The notes beneath the pieces are model-generated. The model made no database searches, was not told the origin of the DNA, and was given only the letters and a program-made list of their open reading frames with translations. A program made the translations under genes and the position numbers. 64,000 bases of DNA. It comes from Propionibacteriales bacterium. Lineage in GTDB: Bacteria > Actinomycetota > Actinomycetes > Propionibacteriales > Nocardioidaceae. Below are positions 17,076-26,179 of this stretch, in pieces. Positions within the stretch are counted from its first letter, which is position 1; each line of letters starts with the position of its first letter. The DNA lies in NCBI GenBank assembly GCA_026392465.1, contig JAPLCA010000008.1, positions 232,194-296,193 of the forward strand, given 5' to 3'.

Positions 17076-17819
17076 ATGTCCGTCATGGGCGACGCCGAGA
17101 CGACATCCTACGACCGTCGGGCGAGGCGCGCCGACCTCGGCGCCGACCTCGCGATCCTCGTGTTCGGCCTGGCCGGCGCGGCCGTGATCCTGACCCAGGT
17201 GCCCGCCGACGTGGTGGCGATGCAGGCGCTGGCCGTCTACGCGCTGTTCGCGGCGCTGGGCGCGGGCGTCCTCGCGGTCGCACGGCTGCGCACCCGCGCG
17301 TTCCCAGGGCTGCGTGAGGCCACCGTCGACGGCAGACCGGCCCGGGGGGTGCGCGCGTGGTCCGGCCCGTTCGTGCACAGCGTGTCGCTCGACGTCGGGC
17401 TCGTCGCACTCGGTGCGGTGGTGAGCTCGATCGGCGTCGCGTCGGGCTCGGCCTGGGCGGCCCTGTGGGTCCCGGCCCTGGTGGCCACGGCCTGGTTCGC
17501 GGTGCGCGTGGTGCTCGTCCTGGTCGGCCGCCGTCGGGTCGACGCGCTCTGGCTGACCGACCAGCACGTGGTCCACGACAGTGCGGCCGGTCGCGCCCGG
17601 ATCCCCCGCACGGACGTCGAGTCGGTGCGGCCCTGGAGCGGCGGCCTGTTCGTCGACGGCCCCACCAGCCGCTCGGGTCCACCGCTCGGCTTCCGAGCAG
17701 GGGCGCGCGCCCGACCCGGCGAGCTGCGTGTCGACACGTCGCTCATGGGAGTCGGTCCGCACGACCTCGCCGCCTGGTTGCGCGAGCAGCTCGACGACGA
17801 CGCGCGGCCCCGCCGTTGA
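17076..17819 (+). CDS. Hypothetical membrane protein (about 4 TM plus a cytoplasmic C-terminal domain)
   Basis: Track ORF with high third-position GC. Hydrophobic segments include LAILVFGLAGAAVIL, ALAVYALFAALGAGVLAV, VGLVALGAVVSSIGV and VPALVATAWFAVRVVLVLV. Confidence 0.5.
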   Translation: MSVMGDAETTSYDRRARRADLGADLAILVFGLAGAAVILTQVPADVVAMQALAVYALFAALGAGVLAVARLRTRAFPGLREATVDGRPARGVRAWSGPFVHSVSLDVGLVALGAVVSSIGVASGSAWAALWVPALVATAWFAVRVVLVLVGRRRVDALWLTDQHVVHDSAAGRARIPRTDVESVRPWSGGLFVDGPTSRSGPPLGFRAGARARPGELRVDTSLMGVGPHDLAAWLREQLDDDARPRR

Positions 17820-17844
17820 CCCGACCCGACCAGGAGGAGACGTG

Positions 17845-18150
17845 ATGACCCAGCCCTTCGTACAGGCCGGAACAGGCCGGCCCGCCCTGCCGCCCGTCGT
17901 GTACGTGCCGACGAGCGCGGCCGACGACCCGAGCCTGCGGGAGGTGCAGATGCACACCCTCGAGGACGGCCGGACGGCCCTCTTCGTGTACTCCGCGATC
18001 GACCGGCTGCACGACCTCTACCGCCCCGACGTGCCGTGGCTGCTGTGCGACGTCGCCACCTTGCAGCGCGTGCACGACGAGACCCCGTACGACCTCCTGT
18101 TCCTCGACCTCGACCCCGGCCTGCGCGACGGTGAGGAGGCCCGACGATGA
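17845..18150 (+). CDS. SseB-like / SAV_915-like small protein
   Basis: ATG 17845 follows aggaggag. The ~100-aa sequence …VVYVPTSAADDPSLREVQMHTLEDGRTALFVYSAIDRL… matches my recollection of the actinobacterial SseB N-terminal-domain family, which is often next to secreted toxins. Confidence 0.55.
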   Translation: MTQPFVQAGTGRPALPPVVYVPTSAADDPSLREVQMHTLEDGRTALFVYSAIDRLHDLYRPDVPWLLCDVATLQRVHDETPYDLLFLDLDPGLRDGEEARR

Positions 18151-18449
18151 GCATCGACGTCGACCTGGCGGTGCTCGGCACCATCGCCACCGACCTGACC
18201 GACGCGGGGACCACCCTGAGCGGCATCGACACCGCCGGGTCGTCGGGCGTCGACGCCGGACCGATGACCGCGGTCATCGCCTCGATGGTGGCGCAGGTGA
18301 TCGACAGCGCCGCGAACGTCGCCGACGGGCTGAGCGGCACGGGCACCCTCGTCGGCCTCAGCCGCGAGTACTACCAGCGGGCGGACGCCGATGCCGAGGT
18401 GTCCCTGGAGGACATCCGGTCCACCATGCAGGAGGAGGGCGGACGGTGA
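18147..18449 (+). CDS. Small helical T7SS-target-like protein (DUF2580/ESX-associated-like)
   Basis: ATGA overlap with the upstream gene. This 100-aa Ala/Gly/Asp-rich helical protein starts MSIDVDLAVLGTIATDLTDAG, and LSREYYQRADADAE lies near the C-terminus. The family call is from memory and tentative. Confidence 0.45.
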   Translation: MSIDVDLAVLGTIATDLTDAGTTLSGIDTAGSSGVDAGPMTAVIASMVAQVIDSAANVADGLSGTGTLVGLSREYYQRADADAEVSLEDIRSTMQEEGGR

Positions 18450-19681
18450 GCATCGACACCGAGATCGAGGGTTCGCCGAGCAGCGTCAAGGGTGTCGCGA
18501 CCTGGCTCCGCCAGACGCTCGCGACGGCTCTCGACGCCGCCGCCGACGCCGCGAGCACGGCGCGGTCGTCGGCGCTCGGCTCCTGGAACGGGGAGGCCGG
18601 GGACGAGTTCCTCGACGTCGCGCGCCGGCTCCGCACGGGCGGGGACGACCTGGCCGGGGCGGCACGGGACATGGCGGGCGACCTCGACGAGTTCGCGACG
18701 TCGCTGACGACGTGCCAGAGCGACATGGCCGACGTCCGCAGCACTGCACGGGAGGCGGGGCTGACCGTCGCCGGGTTCGTCGTGCAGCACCCCGGCGACG
18801 GTCCCGCACGACCTCCCGAGCACTTCGAGGGCACGGAGGCCGAGGTGGCCGCGCACGACCAGCGGGTCGCCGAGTACAACGCGCACCAGGACAAGCTCAC
18901 CGCCTACGCGGCCGCGCAGACCGAGGCCTCGCGGGTCGACCGGGTCTACGAGACCGCCTGCCGGTCCCTGCAGGACCAGTACACCCCCGGCCAGCACGCC
19001 AGCTGGCTGCTGAGCCTCGCCGAGGCGGTCGGCGAGGGTGCGGCCGCTGGTGTCGCCAGCCAGCGGGCCAACGCGCTGCGCACCCAGGCGCAGGGTCTGC
19101 TCGACGAGGCGTCCCGCGCCATCGCCGACCTCCAGGCCAACCCCGACCGGTACGTCCAGCGTCGCTGGTTCTTCTTCGAGCGGGTCGACACCGCGCGGCT
19201 CGAGGCCGACCGCCTGGCGATCGCCGGCAAGCTGGACGAGGCGCAGGACCTGCTCGCCCGGGCCAACGCCGCCGGCGAGTCGCGGCTGCCGGCCAACCTC
19301 GGCCGGGTCGGCAAGGCGCTCGGCGTGATCGGGCTCGGGCTCGGCGTCTACAACGACTACGCCGAGGGCGAGACGGCTCCCCAGATCGCGACGTCGCAGG
19401 GCGTGTCCTTCCTCGCCGGCATGGGCACGGGAGCCGCAGCCGGAGCGGCGATCGGCTCGGTCGTGCCGGTCGCGGGCACGGCCGTCGGCGCGGTCGCGGG
19501 GACGATCATCGGTGCCGGCGTGGCGATCTTCTCCGACGGCATGATCGACTCCTTCTTCGAGAACGGCCCCGACGTCGGCGAGGCGTTGTCCGAGGGTGTA
19601 GAGGCACTCGGCGACACCGCCTCGGCGATCGGCGACGGCATCGGCGGCGCCGTCAGTGCCGTGGGCGGCTGGTTCGATTGA
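18446..19681 (+). CDS. WXG100-like/T7SS-signal-type N-terminal domain protein with a C-terminal glycine-zipper membrane module (candidate pore-forming toxin)
   Basis: GTG 18446 (GTGA overlap). WxG motif LGSWNGEAGDEF. A long helical middle region follows. The C-terminal ~110 aa is GKALGVIGLGLGVYNDY…GMGTGAAAGAAIGSVVPVAGTAVGAVAGTIIGAGVAIFSDG…IGDGIGGAVSAVGGWFD, with repeated GxxxG/AxxxG spacing. Confidence 0.6.
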   Translation: MSIDTEIEGSPSSVKGVATWLRQTLATALDAAADAASTARSSALGSWNGEAGDEFLDVARRLRTGGDDLAGAARDMAGDLDEFATSLTTCQSDMADVRSTAREAGLTVAGFVVQHPGDGPARPPEHFEGTEAEVAAHDQRVAEYNAHQDKLTAYAAAQTEASRVDRVYETACRSLQDQYTPGQHASWLLSLAEAVGEGAAAGVASQRANALRTQAQGLLDEASRAIADLQANPDRYVQRRWFFFERVDTARLEADRLAIAGKLDEAQDLLARANAAGESRLPANLGRVGKALGVIGLGLGVYNDYAEGETAPQIATSQGVSFLAGMGTGAAAGAAIGSVVPVAGTAVGAVAGTIIGAGVAIFSDGMIDSFFENGPDVGEALSEGVEALGDTASAIGDGIGGAVSAVGGWFD

Positions 19682-20580
19682 CCGGGGTCGGTCCGCGCGC
19701 CGCGACGGTGGCGTGGGACTTCGAGGCGATCGGGACGGCGTGGGAGATCGACACCGCGCAGCCGCTCGCGCCGGAGGTCGAGGCGGCCGTGCTCGCGCAG
19801 TTCGAGCGTTTCGACCGCACCTGGTCGCGCTTCCTCGCCGACTCCACCGTCGCCGCCATGGCGCGTGAGCCGGGCACCTGGCAGCTCGAGGGGGCCGACG
19901 CCCTGATCACGCTCTACGACGACCTGCACACCGCCACCGACGGAGCGGTGACGCCGCTCGTCGGACGGTCGCTGGAGGACCTCGGGTACGACGCGGGGTA
20001 CTCGCTGCAGCCGTCCGGTCGTCCTCAGGTGCCCGAGGACTGGTCGCGCGTCCGTCGTGACGGGACGCTCGTGGTCGGCGGCGGACAGGTCACCACGACC
20101 CGCCCGCTGCTGCTCGACGTCGGGGCTGCGGGGAAGGGTCTGCTGGTGGACCTCGTCGTCGACGTGCTCGCCGACCACGGTGTCGAGGAGGCGACGGTGG
20201 ACGGCAGCGGCGACCTGCGGCACGTCGGCGGCACGCCGATCCGCGTCGCCCTCGAGCACCCGGGCGACGCGTCTCGCGCCGTCGGCGTCGTCGAGGTCGC
20301 CGACGGGTGGGCGCTCTGCGCGTCGGCCGTCAACCGACGGACGTGGGGCGACGGACTGCACCACGTCGTCGACGGCCGCACCGGCCGGCCGACCCGCGAC
20401 GTCGTCGCCAGCTGGGCCCTCGTGGACGGGTCCTGCATGGTCGCCGACGGCCTGGCCACCGCGCACTTCTTCGCCGACCCGCAGACGCTGCTCGACCTCC
20501 ACCCGCACCACTTCGTCCGGATCCACGCCGACGGCCGCGTGCTGCGGTCGCCCGACCTCCCTGGGGAGCTGTTCACATGA
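19678..20580 (+). CDS. apbE: FAD:protein FMN transferase (ApbE family)
   Basis: The ApbE layout is recognised from WDFEAIGTAWEI, LLLDVGAAGKGLLVD, ATVDGSGDL, CASAVNRRTWG, HHVVDGRTGRP and ADGLATA. The start is uncertain: TTG 19678 overlaps the upstream stop, with GTG 19708 as the alternative. Confidence 0.8.
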   Translation: MTGVGPRAATVAWDFEAIGTAWEIDTAQPLAPEVEAAVLAQFERFDRTWSRFLADSTVAAMAREPGTWQLEGADALITLYDDLHTATDGAVTPLVGRSLEDLGYDAGYSLQPSGRPQVPEDWSRVRRDGTLVVGGGQVTTTRPLLLDVGAAGKGLLVDLVVDVLADHGVEEATVDGSGDLRHVGGTPIRVALEHPGDASRAVGVVEVADGWALCASAVNRRTWGDGLHHVVDGRTGRPTRDVVASWALVDGSCMVADGLATAHFFADPQTLLDLHPHHFVRIHADGRVLRSPDLPGELFT

Positions 20581-22181
20581 GCACGAGTCGCACGAGCACC
20601 GGACCGAGGCCCTCGGTCGACGCGATCCTCGGTCGGGTGAGCATGTACCGCCTCACGACGATCGTGCTGGCGGCGATCGTGGCGGTCTACCTGCTCTTCA
20701 CGTCCACGGGCGTCATCGAGGGGCTCTCGACGCTCGGCAACCTCGCCGCCCTGGCGGTGCTGCTGGTGGTGTCGGTCGCCGCGAACCGGTTGCTCGGTCT
20801 CGTGTGGCGTCGGGTCCCGCACGACGAGTCGGCCGTGATCACCGCCTTGCTGCTGTTCTTCCTGTTCGTGCCGCTGCCGGAGGCCGCAGCCGGGTCGGGG
20901 TCAGGCGTCGGTGCGGCCAACCTGCTCTGGCTCGCGGGCGCGGCCGTGCTCGCCAACGCGTCGAAGTACGTGCTCGCGTGGCGAGGTCGGCACGTGCTCA
21001 ACCCCGCTGCCGCCGGAGCGCTCCTGGTCGTGGTCGCGCAGTGGGCGGTCGGGCGGGAGTCGTCGATCAACGCGCTGTGGCAGACGGCGGCGACCCAGGC
21101 GCTGCTGCCGTTCGTCGCGGTCGGTGCGCTCTTGGTGCTGTGGCGGACGCGTCGCCTCGACGTGGGGCTCGTGTTCGTGGTCGTCGCCGCCACCCTCGTG
21201 CTGGTGGGCCTGACGGTCGGCTTCGGCACGCCGCTGTCGCAGGCCTGGCAGACCGCGCTGTACTCCTACCCGATCGTCTTCATGGCCGGCTTCATGGTCA
21301 CCGAGCCGCTCACGCTGCCGCCCCGCCGCGGGCAGCAGTGGCTCGTGGCCGCGGTCATGGCGGTGCTGCTCGGCTTCCCGACCTTCGCCGACGTGCTCGG
21401 CCTGCAGGCGCCGACGTTCGGCCCGCTGACCATGACCCCCGAGCTGGCGATCGTCGTCGGCAACCTGGTCGCGTTCGCGCTCTCCCGACGGACGGGGGTG
21501 GTGCTCCGGACGACCGGGACGCGTCGGCTCGCGGGAGACACGTGGGAGGTCACCTTCCGGCCGACCCGTCCGGTGCGGTTCGTCCCGGGCCAGTACCTGG
21601 AGCTGCACCTGCCGCACCGCGGTGTGGACGGACGCGGCGTGCGGCGGGTGTTCAGCATCAGCTCGCCCCCGCAGGCCGGCGACCTGAGCGTCGCCGTGCG
21701 CGTGCCGGAGCCGGCGTCGTCGTTCAAGCAGGCGCTCGTCGGGCTGCGCGAGGGCGAGCGGGTGCACGCGACCGGCGTCCACGGCGACTTCGTCTGGCCC
21801 CGCGGCGGTCGACCGCTGCTGCTCGTGGCGGGCGGGATCGGGGTGACGCCGTTCCTCAGCCAGCTCCGCGCGGGCGAGGCGCGCGACGTCGTGCTCGTCT
21901 ACGGCCTGCCCGACGGCGACGTCGTGCCCTACCGCGACGAGCTGGTCGCGAGCGGCGTGCGGGTCGTGCTGGTCTCGCCCGAGCCTCCCGCCGACCTGCC
22001 GGCCGACTGGGCGCACGTGGCGGCACCGTTCGTCTCGGGCGAGGTGGTGGCCGAGGCGGTGCCCGACGCCGCGGAGCGCGTCGCCTACGTGTCCGGCCCG
22101 CCGGCGATGGTCTCGGCCGTCCGCGGCGACCTGCGTCGTCGGTGCGCCCGGGTCCGGACCGACTACTTCTCCGGCTACTGA
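20577..22181 (+). CDS. Fusion of an RnfD/NqrB-like membrane domain with an FNR-type FAD/NAD(P)-binding reductase domain
   Basis: ATG 20577 (ATGA overlap with apbE). The membrane part carries RHVLNPAAAGALL and FMAGFMVTEPLT, which are RnfD/NqrB hallmarks. The C-terminal part carries RRVFSISS (RxYS-type FAD motif) and LLLVAGGIGVTPF (NAD motif). Confidence 0.75.
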   Translation: MSTSRTSTGPRPSVDAILGRVSMYRLTTIVLAAIVAVYLLFTSTGVIEGLSTLGNLAALAVLLVVSVAANRLLGLVWRRVPHDESAVITALLLFFLFVPLPEAAAGSGSGVGAANLLWLAGAAVLANASKYVLAWRGRHVLNPAAAGALLVVVAQWAVGRESSINALWQTAATQALLPFVAVGALLVLWRTRRLDVGLVFVVVAATLVLVGLTVGFGTPLSQAWQTALYSYPIVFMAGFMVTEPLTLPPRRGQQWLVAAVMAVLLGFPTFADVLGLQAPTFGPLTMTPELAIVVGNLVAFALSRRTGVVLRTTGTRRLAGDTWEVTFRPTRPVRFVPGQYLELHLPHRGVDGRGVRRVFSISSPPQAGDLSVAVRVPEPASSFKQALVGLREGERVHATGVHGDFVWPRGGRPLLLVAGGIGVTPFLSQLRAGEARDVVLVYGLPDGDVVPYRDELVASGVRVVLVSPEPPADLPADWAHVAAPFVSGEVVAEAVPDAAERVAYVSGPPAMVSAVRGDLRRRCARVRTDYFSGY

Positions 22182-22263
22182 CGCACCCCCTCCCAGCCGG
22201 TGCCCGTGTGCGTGGGGCCCCACCCAAACCGGCTGGCTCTCGACGCGGATCTCGCGGCCCAGA

Positions 22264-22284
22264 GTTGAGTGGAATGGACTCAAG
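22264..22284. promoter_or_regulatory. HspR-associated inverted repeat (HAIR) upstream of clpB
   Basis: gTTGAGT-ggaatgg-ACTCAAG matches the consensus CTTGAGT-N7-ACTCAAG at 13 of 14 positions. It lies about 65 nt upstream of the clpB ATG. Confidence 0.65.
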
Positions 22285-22349
22285 TCTCATGATGTTGTTC
22301 TGGGTGTACGGCGAACCACGCCGGCGGAAGGACGCATCAGGAGCAGCCC

Positions 22350-24965
22350 ATGGACCTCTCGAACCTCACCACCCGTAGCCAGCAGGCGCTGGCCGCCGCG
22401 ATGCAGCAGGCGGCTGCGGCCGGCAACCCGGCCATCGAGCCCGCCCACGTGCTCACGGCCCTCCTCGCCCAGGACGGCGGCACCGCCGTGCCGCTCCTGC
22501 AGGCCACGGGCGTCGACGCCGGCGTCGTGAGGTCGGAGCTCAAGACCGTCGTCGACGCGTTGCCGTCGGCGGCGGGCAGCAGCGTCCAGAACCCTGGTCT
22601 GTCCCGCAGCACCCACGAGGTGCTGCAGCGCGCGGCCGACCTGGCCGGCGAGCTCGGTGACGAGTTCATCTCGACCGAGCACCTCGTGGTCGGGGTCGCC
22701 ACGGTCGACTCACCGGCCAAGGACGTGCTCGCCGGTCACGGCGCCACGCCCGACGCGCTACGAGCCGCCTTCCAGACGGTCCGGGGCGGTGCACGTGTCA
22801 CCAGCGCCGACGCCGAGGACACATACCAGGCGCTCGAGAAGTACGGCGTCGACCTGACCGCGGTCGCCCGCGAGGGCAAGCTCGACCCGGTCATCGGTCG
22901 TGACGCCGAGATCCGCCGCGTCGTGCAGGTGCTGAGTCGCCGCACCAAGAACAACCCCGTCCTCATCGGCGAGCCAGGCGTCGGCAAGACCGCCGTCGTG
23001 GAGGGGCTGGCGCAGCGCATCGTCGACGGCGACGTGCCCGAGTCGCTGCGCGGACGGCGGCTCATCAGTCTCGACCTCGGCGCGATGGTCGCGGGGGCGA
23101 AGTACCGAGGCGAGTTCGAGGAGCGGCTGAAGGCCGTGCTCGAGGAGATCAAGGCGTCCGACGGCCAGGTCATCACCTTCATCGACGAGCTGCACACGGT
23201 CGTCGGTGCGGGCGCGACGGGCGACTCCGCCATGGACGCCGGCAACATGCTCAAGCCGATGCTGGCGCGCGGCGAGCTGCGCATGATCGGTGCGACGACG
23301 CTCGACGAGTACCGCGAGAACATCGAGAAGGACCCCGCGCTGGAGCGCCGGTTCCAGCAGGTGCTGGTCGGCGAGCCGTCGGTCGAGGACACCATCGCGA
23401 TCCTGCGCGGCCTGAAGGAGCGTTACGAGGCGCACCACAAGGTCGCCATCGCCGACGCCGCGCTCGTCGCGGCAGCCACCCTCTCCGACCGCTACATCCC
23501 CGGACGCCAGCTGCCCGACAAGGCCATCGACCTGGTCGACGAGGCGGGTTCGCGGCTGCGCATGGAGATCGACTCCAGTCCTGTGGAGATCGACGAGCTG
23601 CGGCGCGCCGTCGACCGGCTCCGCATGGAGGAGCTGCACCTGCAGAACGAGACCGACGACGCCAGTCGTGAGCGGCTCGAGAAGCTGCGCAGCGAGCTCG
23701 CCGACCGCCAGGAGACCCTGCGTGCGCTGGAGCAGCGGTGGGAGAGCGAGAAGCAGAGCCTCAACGCGGTCGGTGAGATCAAGGAGCGCATCGACGAGGT
23801 GCGCATCGCCGCCGAGCGCGCCCAGCGCGAGGGCGACCTCGAGACCGCTGCGCGTCTGCTCTACAGCGAGATCCCGACGATGGAGGCGCAGCTGGCCGCC
23901 GCGCAGGCCGCGGAGTCGGCGCGCGAGGCCGGGGACGGCACGGACCGGCTGGTCAACGAGGAGGTGACCGCCGACGAGATCGCGGAGGTCGTCGCGTCGT
24001 GGACCGGCATCCCCACGGGTCGTCTGCTCGAGGGCGAGACGGGCAAGCTCCTGCGGATGGAGGAGGAGCTCGGCAAGCGTCTGGTCGGCCAGCGCGAGGC
24101 CGTGACGGCCGTGTCCGACGCGGTGCGTCGCAGCCGCGCCGGCATCGCCGACCCGGACCGCCCGACCGGGTCGTTCCTGTTCCTCGGTCCGACCGGTGTG
24201 GGCAAGACGGAGCTGGCGAAGACGCTGGCGGAGTTCCTCTTCGACGACGAGCGCGCGATGGTGCGCATCGACATGAGCGAGTACGCCGAGAAGCACGCGG
24301 TGTCGCGACTCGTCGGTGCCCCTCCGGGCTACGTCGGGTACGACGAGGGCGGCCAGCTGACCGAGGCCGTGCGACGGCGCCCGTACTCCGTCGTGCTGCT
24401 CGACGAGGTCGAGAAGGCGCACCCGGAGGTGTTCGACATCCTCCTGCAGGTGCTTGACGACGGCCGGCTGACCGACGGCCAGGGCCGCACGGTCGACTTC
24501 CGCAACGTCATCCTCATCCTCACCAGCAACCTGGGCTCGGCCTTCCTCGCGGACCCGTCGCTGGACGAGCAGACGAAGAAGGACGCGGTCATGGACGTCG
24601 TGAAGGCGTCGTTCAAGCCGGAGTTCCTGAACCGGCTCGACGAGATCGTGACGTTCGAGCCGCTCGGCACCGCCGAGCTGACGCACATCGTCGACCTGCA
24701 GCTCGCCTCGCTGGGGCGCCGGCTCGCGGCTCGACGGATCACGCTCGAGGTGACCGACGCGGCGAAGGAGTGGCTGGCGCTCACGGGCTGGGACCCCGCC
24801 TACGGGGCCCGACCCCTGCGGCGCCTGGTGCAGCAGGCGATCGGCGACCGCCTCGCGAAGGCGCTGCTGGCGGGCGAGGTGCGCGACGGCGACACGGTGC
24901 GGGTCGACCGCGAGGTGGGCCCGGACGGCGTCCCGGCCGACGCCCTGACCGTGACCGCCGTCTGA
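22350..24965 (+). CDS. clpB: ATP-dependent chaperone ClpB
   Basis: 871 aa. Clp N-domain, two AAA+ modules (GEPGVGKTA and GPTGVGKTE Walker A motifs), a long coiled-coil middle domain, and the GARPLRR motif. Confidence 0.97.
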   Translation: MDLSNLTTRSQQALAAAMQQAAAAGNPAIEPAHVLTALLAQDGGTAVPLLQATGVDAGVVRSELKTVVDALPSAAGSSVQNPGLSRSTHEVLQRAADLAGELGDEFISTEHLVVGVATVDSPAKDVLAGHGATPDALRAAFQTVRGGARVTSADAEDTYQALEKYGVDLTAVAREGKLDPVIGRDAEIRRVVQVLSRRTKNNPVLIGEPGVGKTAVVEGLAQRIVDGDVPESLRGRRLISLDLGAMVAGAKYRGEFEERLKAVLEEIKASDGQVITFIDELHTVVGAGATGDSAMDAGNMLKPMLARGELRMIGATTLDEYRENIEKDPALERRFQQVLVGEPSVEDTIAILRGLKERYEAHHKVAIADAALVAAATLSDRYIPGRQLPDKAIDLVDEAGSRLRMEIDSSPVEIDELRRAVDRLRMEELHLQNETDDASRERLEKLRSELADRQETLRALEQRWESEKQSLNAVGEIKERIDEVRIAAERAQREGDLETAARLLYSEIPTMEAQLAAAQAAESAREAGDGTDRLVNEEVTADEIAEVVASWTGIPTGRLLEGETGKLLRMEEELGKRLVGQREAVTAVSDAVRRSRAGIADPDRPTGSFLFLGPTGVGKTELAKTLAEFLFDDERAMVRIDMSEYAEKHAVSRLVGAPPGYVGYDEGGQLTEAVRRRPYSVVLLDEVEKAHPEVFDILLQVLDDGRLTDGQGRTVDFRNVILILTSNLGSAFLADPSLDEQTKKDAVMDVVKASFKPEFLNRLDEIVTFEPLGTAELTHIVDLQLASLGRRLAARRITLEVTDAAKEWLALTGWDPAYGARPLRRLVQQAIGDRLAKALLAGEVRDGDTVRVDREVGPDGVPADALTVTAV

Positions 24966-24968
24966 CGC

Positions 24969-25054
24969 ACGGATCTCTCTGCGTTCTGGCGGTTCTGGGG
25001 ACGGATCTCTCTGCGTTCGCGAAGTCATAGCGACGACAACGCAGAGAGATCCGT
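24969..25054. repeat. Family-B composite palindromic repeat, copy 1 (units + + -)
   Basis: The 17-nt unit acggatctctctgcgtt occurs at 24969-24985 and 25001-25017, and its exact reverse complement at 25038-25054. This gives a 17-bp hairpin with a 20-nt loop immediately after the clpB stop. Confidence 0.85.
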
Positions 25055-25160
25055 CGTCCTCGTGGTCCGGTCCACACCGCCTCGCCTAGCGCGGGCTCGG
25101 TCGTCCACAGCGAACGGCTGAGCCCTGGGGCGGCGCGCGCGGGTCTTCCACGCTGGACGG

Positions 25161-26090
25161 ATGACGCGACGTGACGGTTCGGTGCTCAGGGTGACGGAGG
25201 CGAACGCCGCCGTCGGCGCGGGGGCGGTGCGGCACCGGGTCGCCGCCGGGCAGTGGCAGCGCCCCTGTCGAGGTGTCGTCGTGATGCACAACGGGCCGCT
25301 GAGCCCGGGGGAGCAGGAGGAGGTCGCGCTCGCCTCGAGCGTCCCCCGTGCCGTGCTCGGCGGCCCGTCGGCCCTGCGCCACGACGGCCTCGACCTGTTG
25401 GACCGTCGGGTCCACGTCGTGCTGCCGCTGGGCGCTCGCCGCCCCTCCTGGCCCGACGCGCGCGTCCACTGGTCGGGCGAGCTCGACGAACGGGACGTGC
25501 ACCCTGGTCGTCTGCCGCGGCGGACGCGGCCCGCGCGGTCGGTGCTCGACTCCGCGTCGTGGAGCTCCGAGGAGCGATTCGCCCGGTGGGTGGTGATCGC
25601 GGCGATCCAGGGCGGGATCACCACCACCCGCCACCTCAGGGAGGCGCTGACGCGGCGGGGACCATGTCGGCACCGCGCTGTGGTCCTCGCGTCGGTGCTC
25701 GATGCCGGAGGCGGGATCCAGTCACTCCCCGAGCGCGACTTCGCTGCGATCTGGCGTGCTGCAGGACTGCCCCGGCCGACCCGGCAACGACCCGTCTGCG
25801 GTGGCGGTGGGAGGTACTTCCTCGACGTCTGGAGCGACGCTCTCGGGTTCGGCGTGGAGGTGCACGGCATCCCTCACCTCGCGGTGGAGCGGTGGGACCG
25901 CGACCTCGAGCGATCGAACGAGATCGTGATCTGCGGCGATGTGCAGCTGGCGTTCTCCTCGTTCGCGGTCAGGCGCCGTCCGCGCGACGTCGGCGAGCAG
26001 CTGCTGCGCATGGCGAGGGCGCGCGGCTGGACCGGCCTTCCCGACTGGCGACTGCTCCCGGTGCCGCGCGGTGGTCGGTTCCCCTGCTGA
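25161..26090 (+). CDS. DUF559 / Vsr-like endonuclease-domain protein
   Basis: The C-terminal region RYFLDVWSDALGFGVEVHGIPHLAVERWDRDLERSNEIVICGDVQLAFSSFAV matches the D…E.DG..H…D..R layout of DUF559/very-short-patch-repair-like endonucleases. The N-terminal region has no family call. Confidence 0.55.
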   Translation: MTRRDGSVLRVTEANAAVGAGAVRHRVAAGQWQRPCRGVVVMHNGPLSPGEQEEVALASSVPRAVLGGPSALRHDGLDLLDRRVHVVLPLGARRPSWPDARVHWSGELDERDVHPGRLPRRTRPARSVLDSASWSSEERFARWVVIAAIQGGITTTRHLREALTRRGPCRHRAVVLASVLDAGGGIQSLPERDFAAIWRAAGLPRPTRQRPVCGGGGRYFLDVWSDALGFGVEVHGIPHLAVERWDRDLERSNEIVICGDVQLAFSSFAVRRRPRDVGEQLLRMARARGWTGLPDWRLLPVPRGGRFPC

Positions 26091-26094
26091 GGAT

Positions 26095-26179
26095 CCGGAT
26101 GTCTCTGTGTTCTCGTCGCCAGGGCTACGCGACCGCAGATAGATCCGTCCCGGCACGACCAGAACGCAGAGAGATCCGT
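26095..26179. repeat. Family-B composite palindromic repeat, copy 2 (units + - -)
   Basis: Units ccggatgtctctgtgtt (26095-26111), accgcagatagatccgt (26132-26148) and aacgcagagagatccgt (26163-26179). Confidence 0.8.

Noticed and set aside
17845-19681. Calling the cassette an ESX/type VII secretion locus.
   Set aside because: No EccB/C/D/E, mycosin or canonical EsxA/B pair lies in the window. Only effector-type and accessory-type proteins are present, so I describe it as an effector cassette whose secretion route is unknown.
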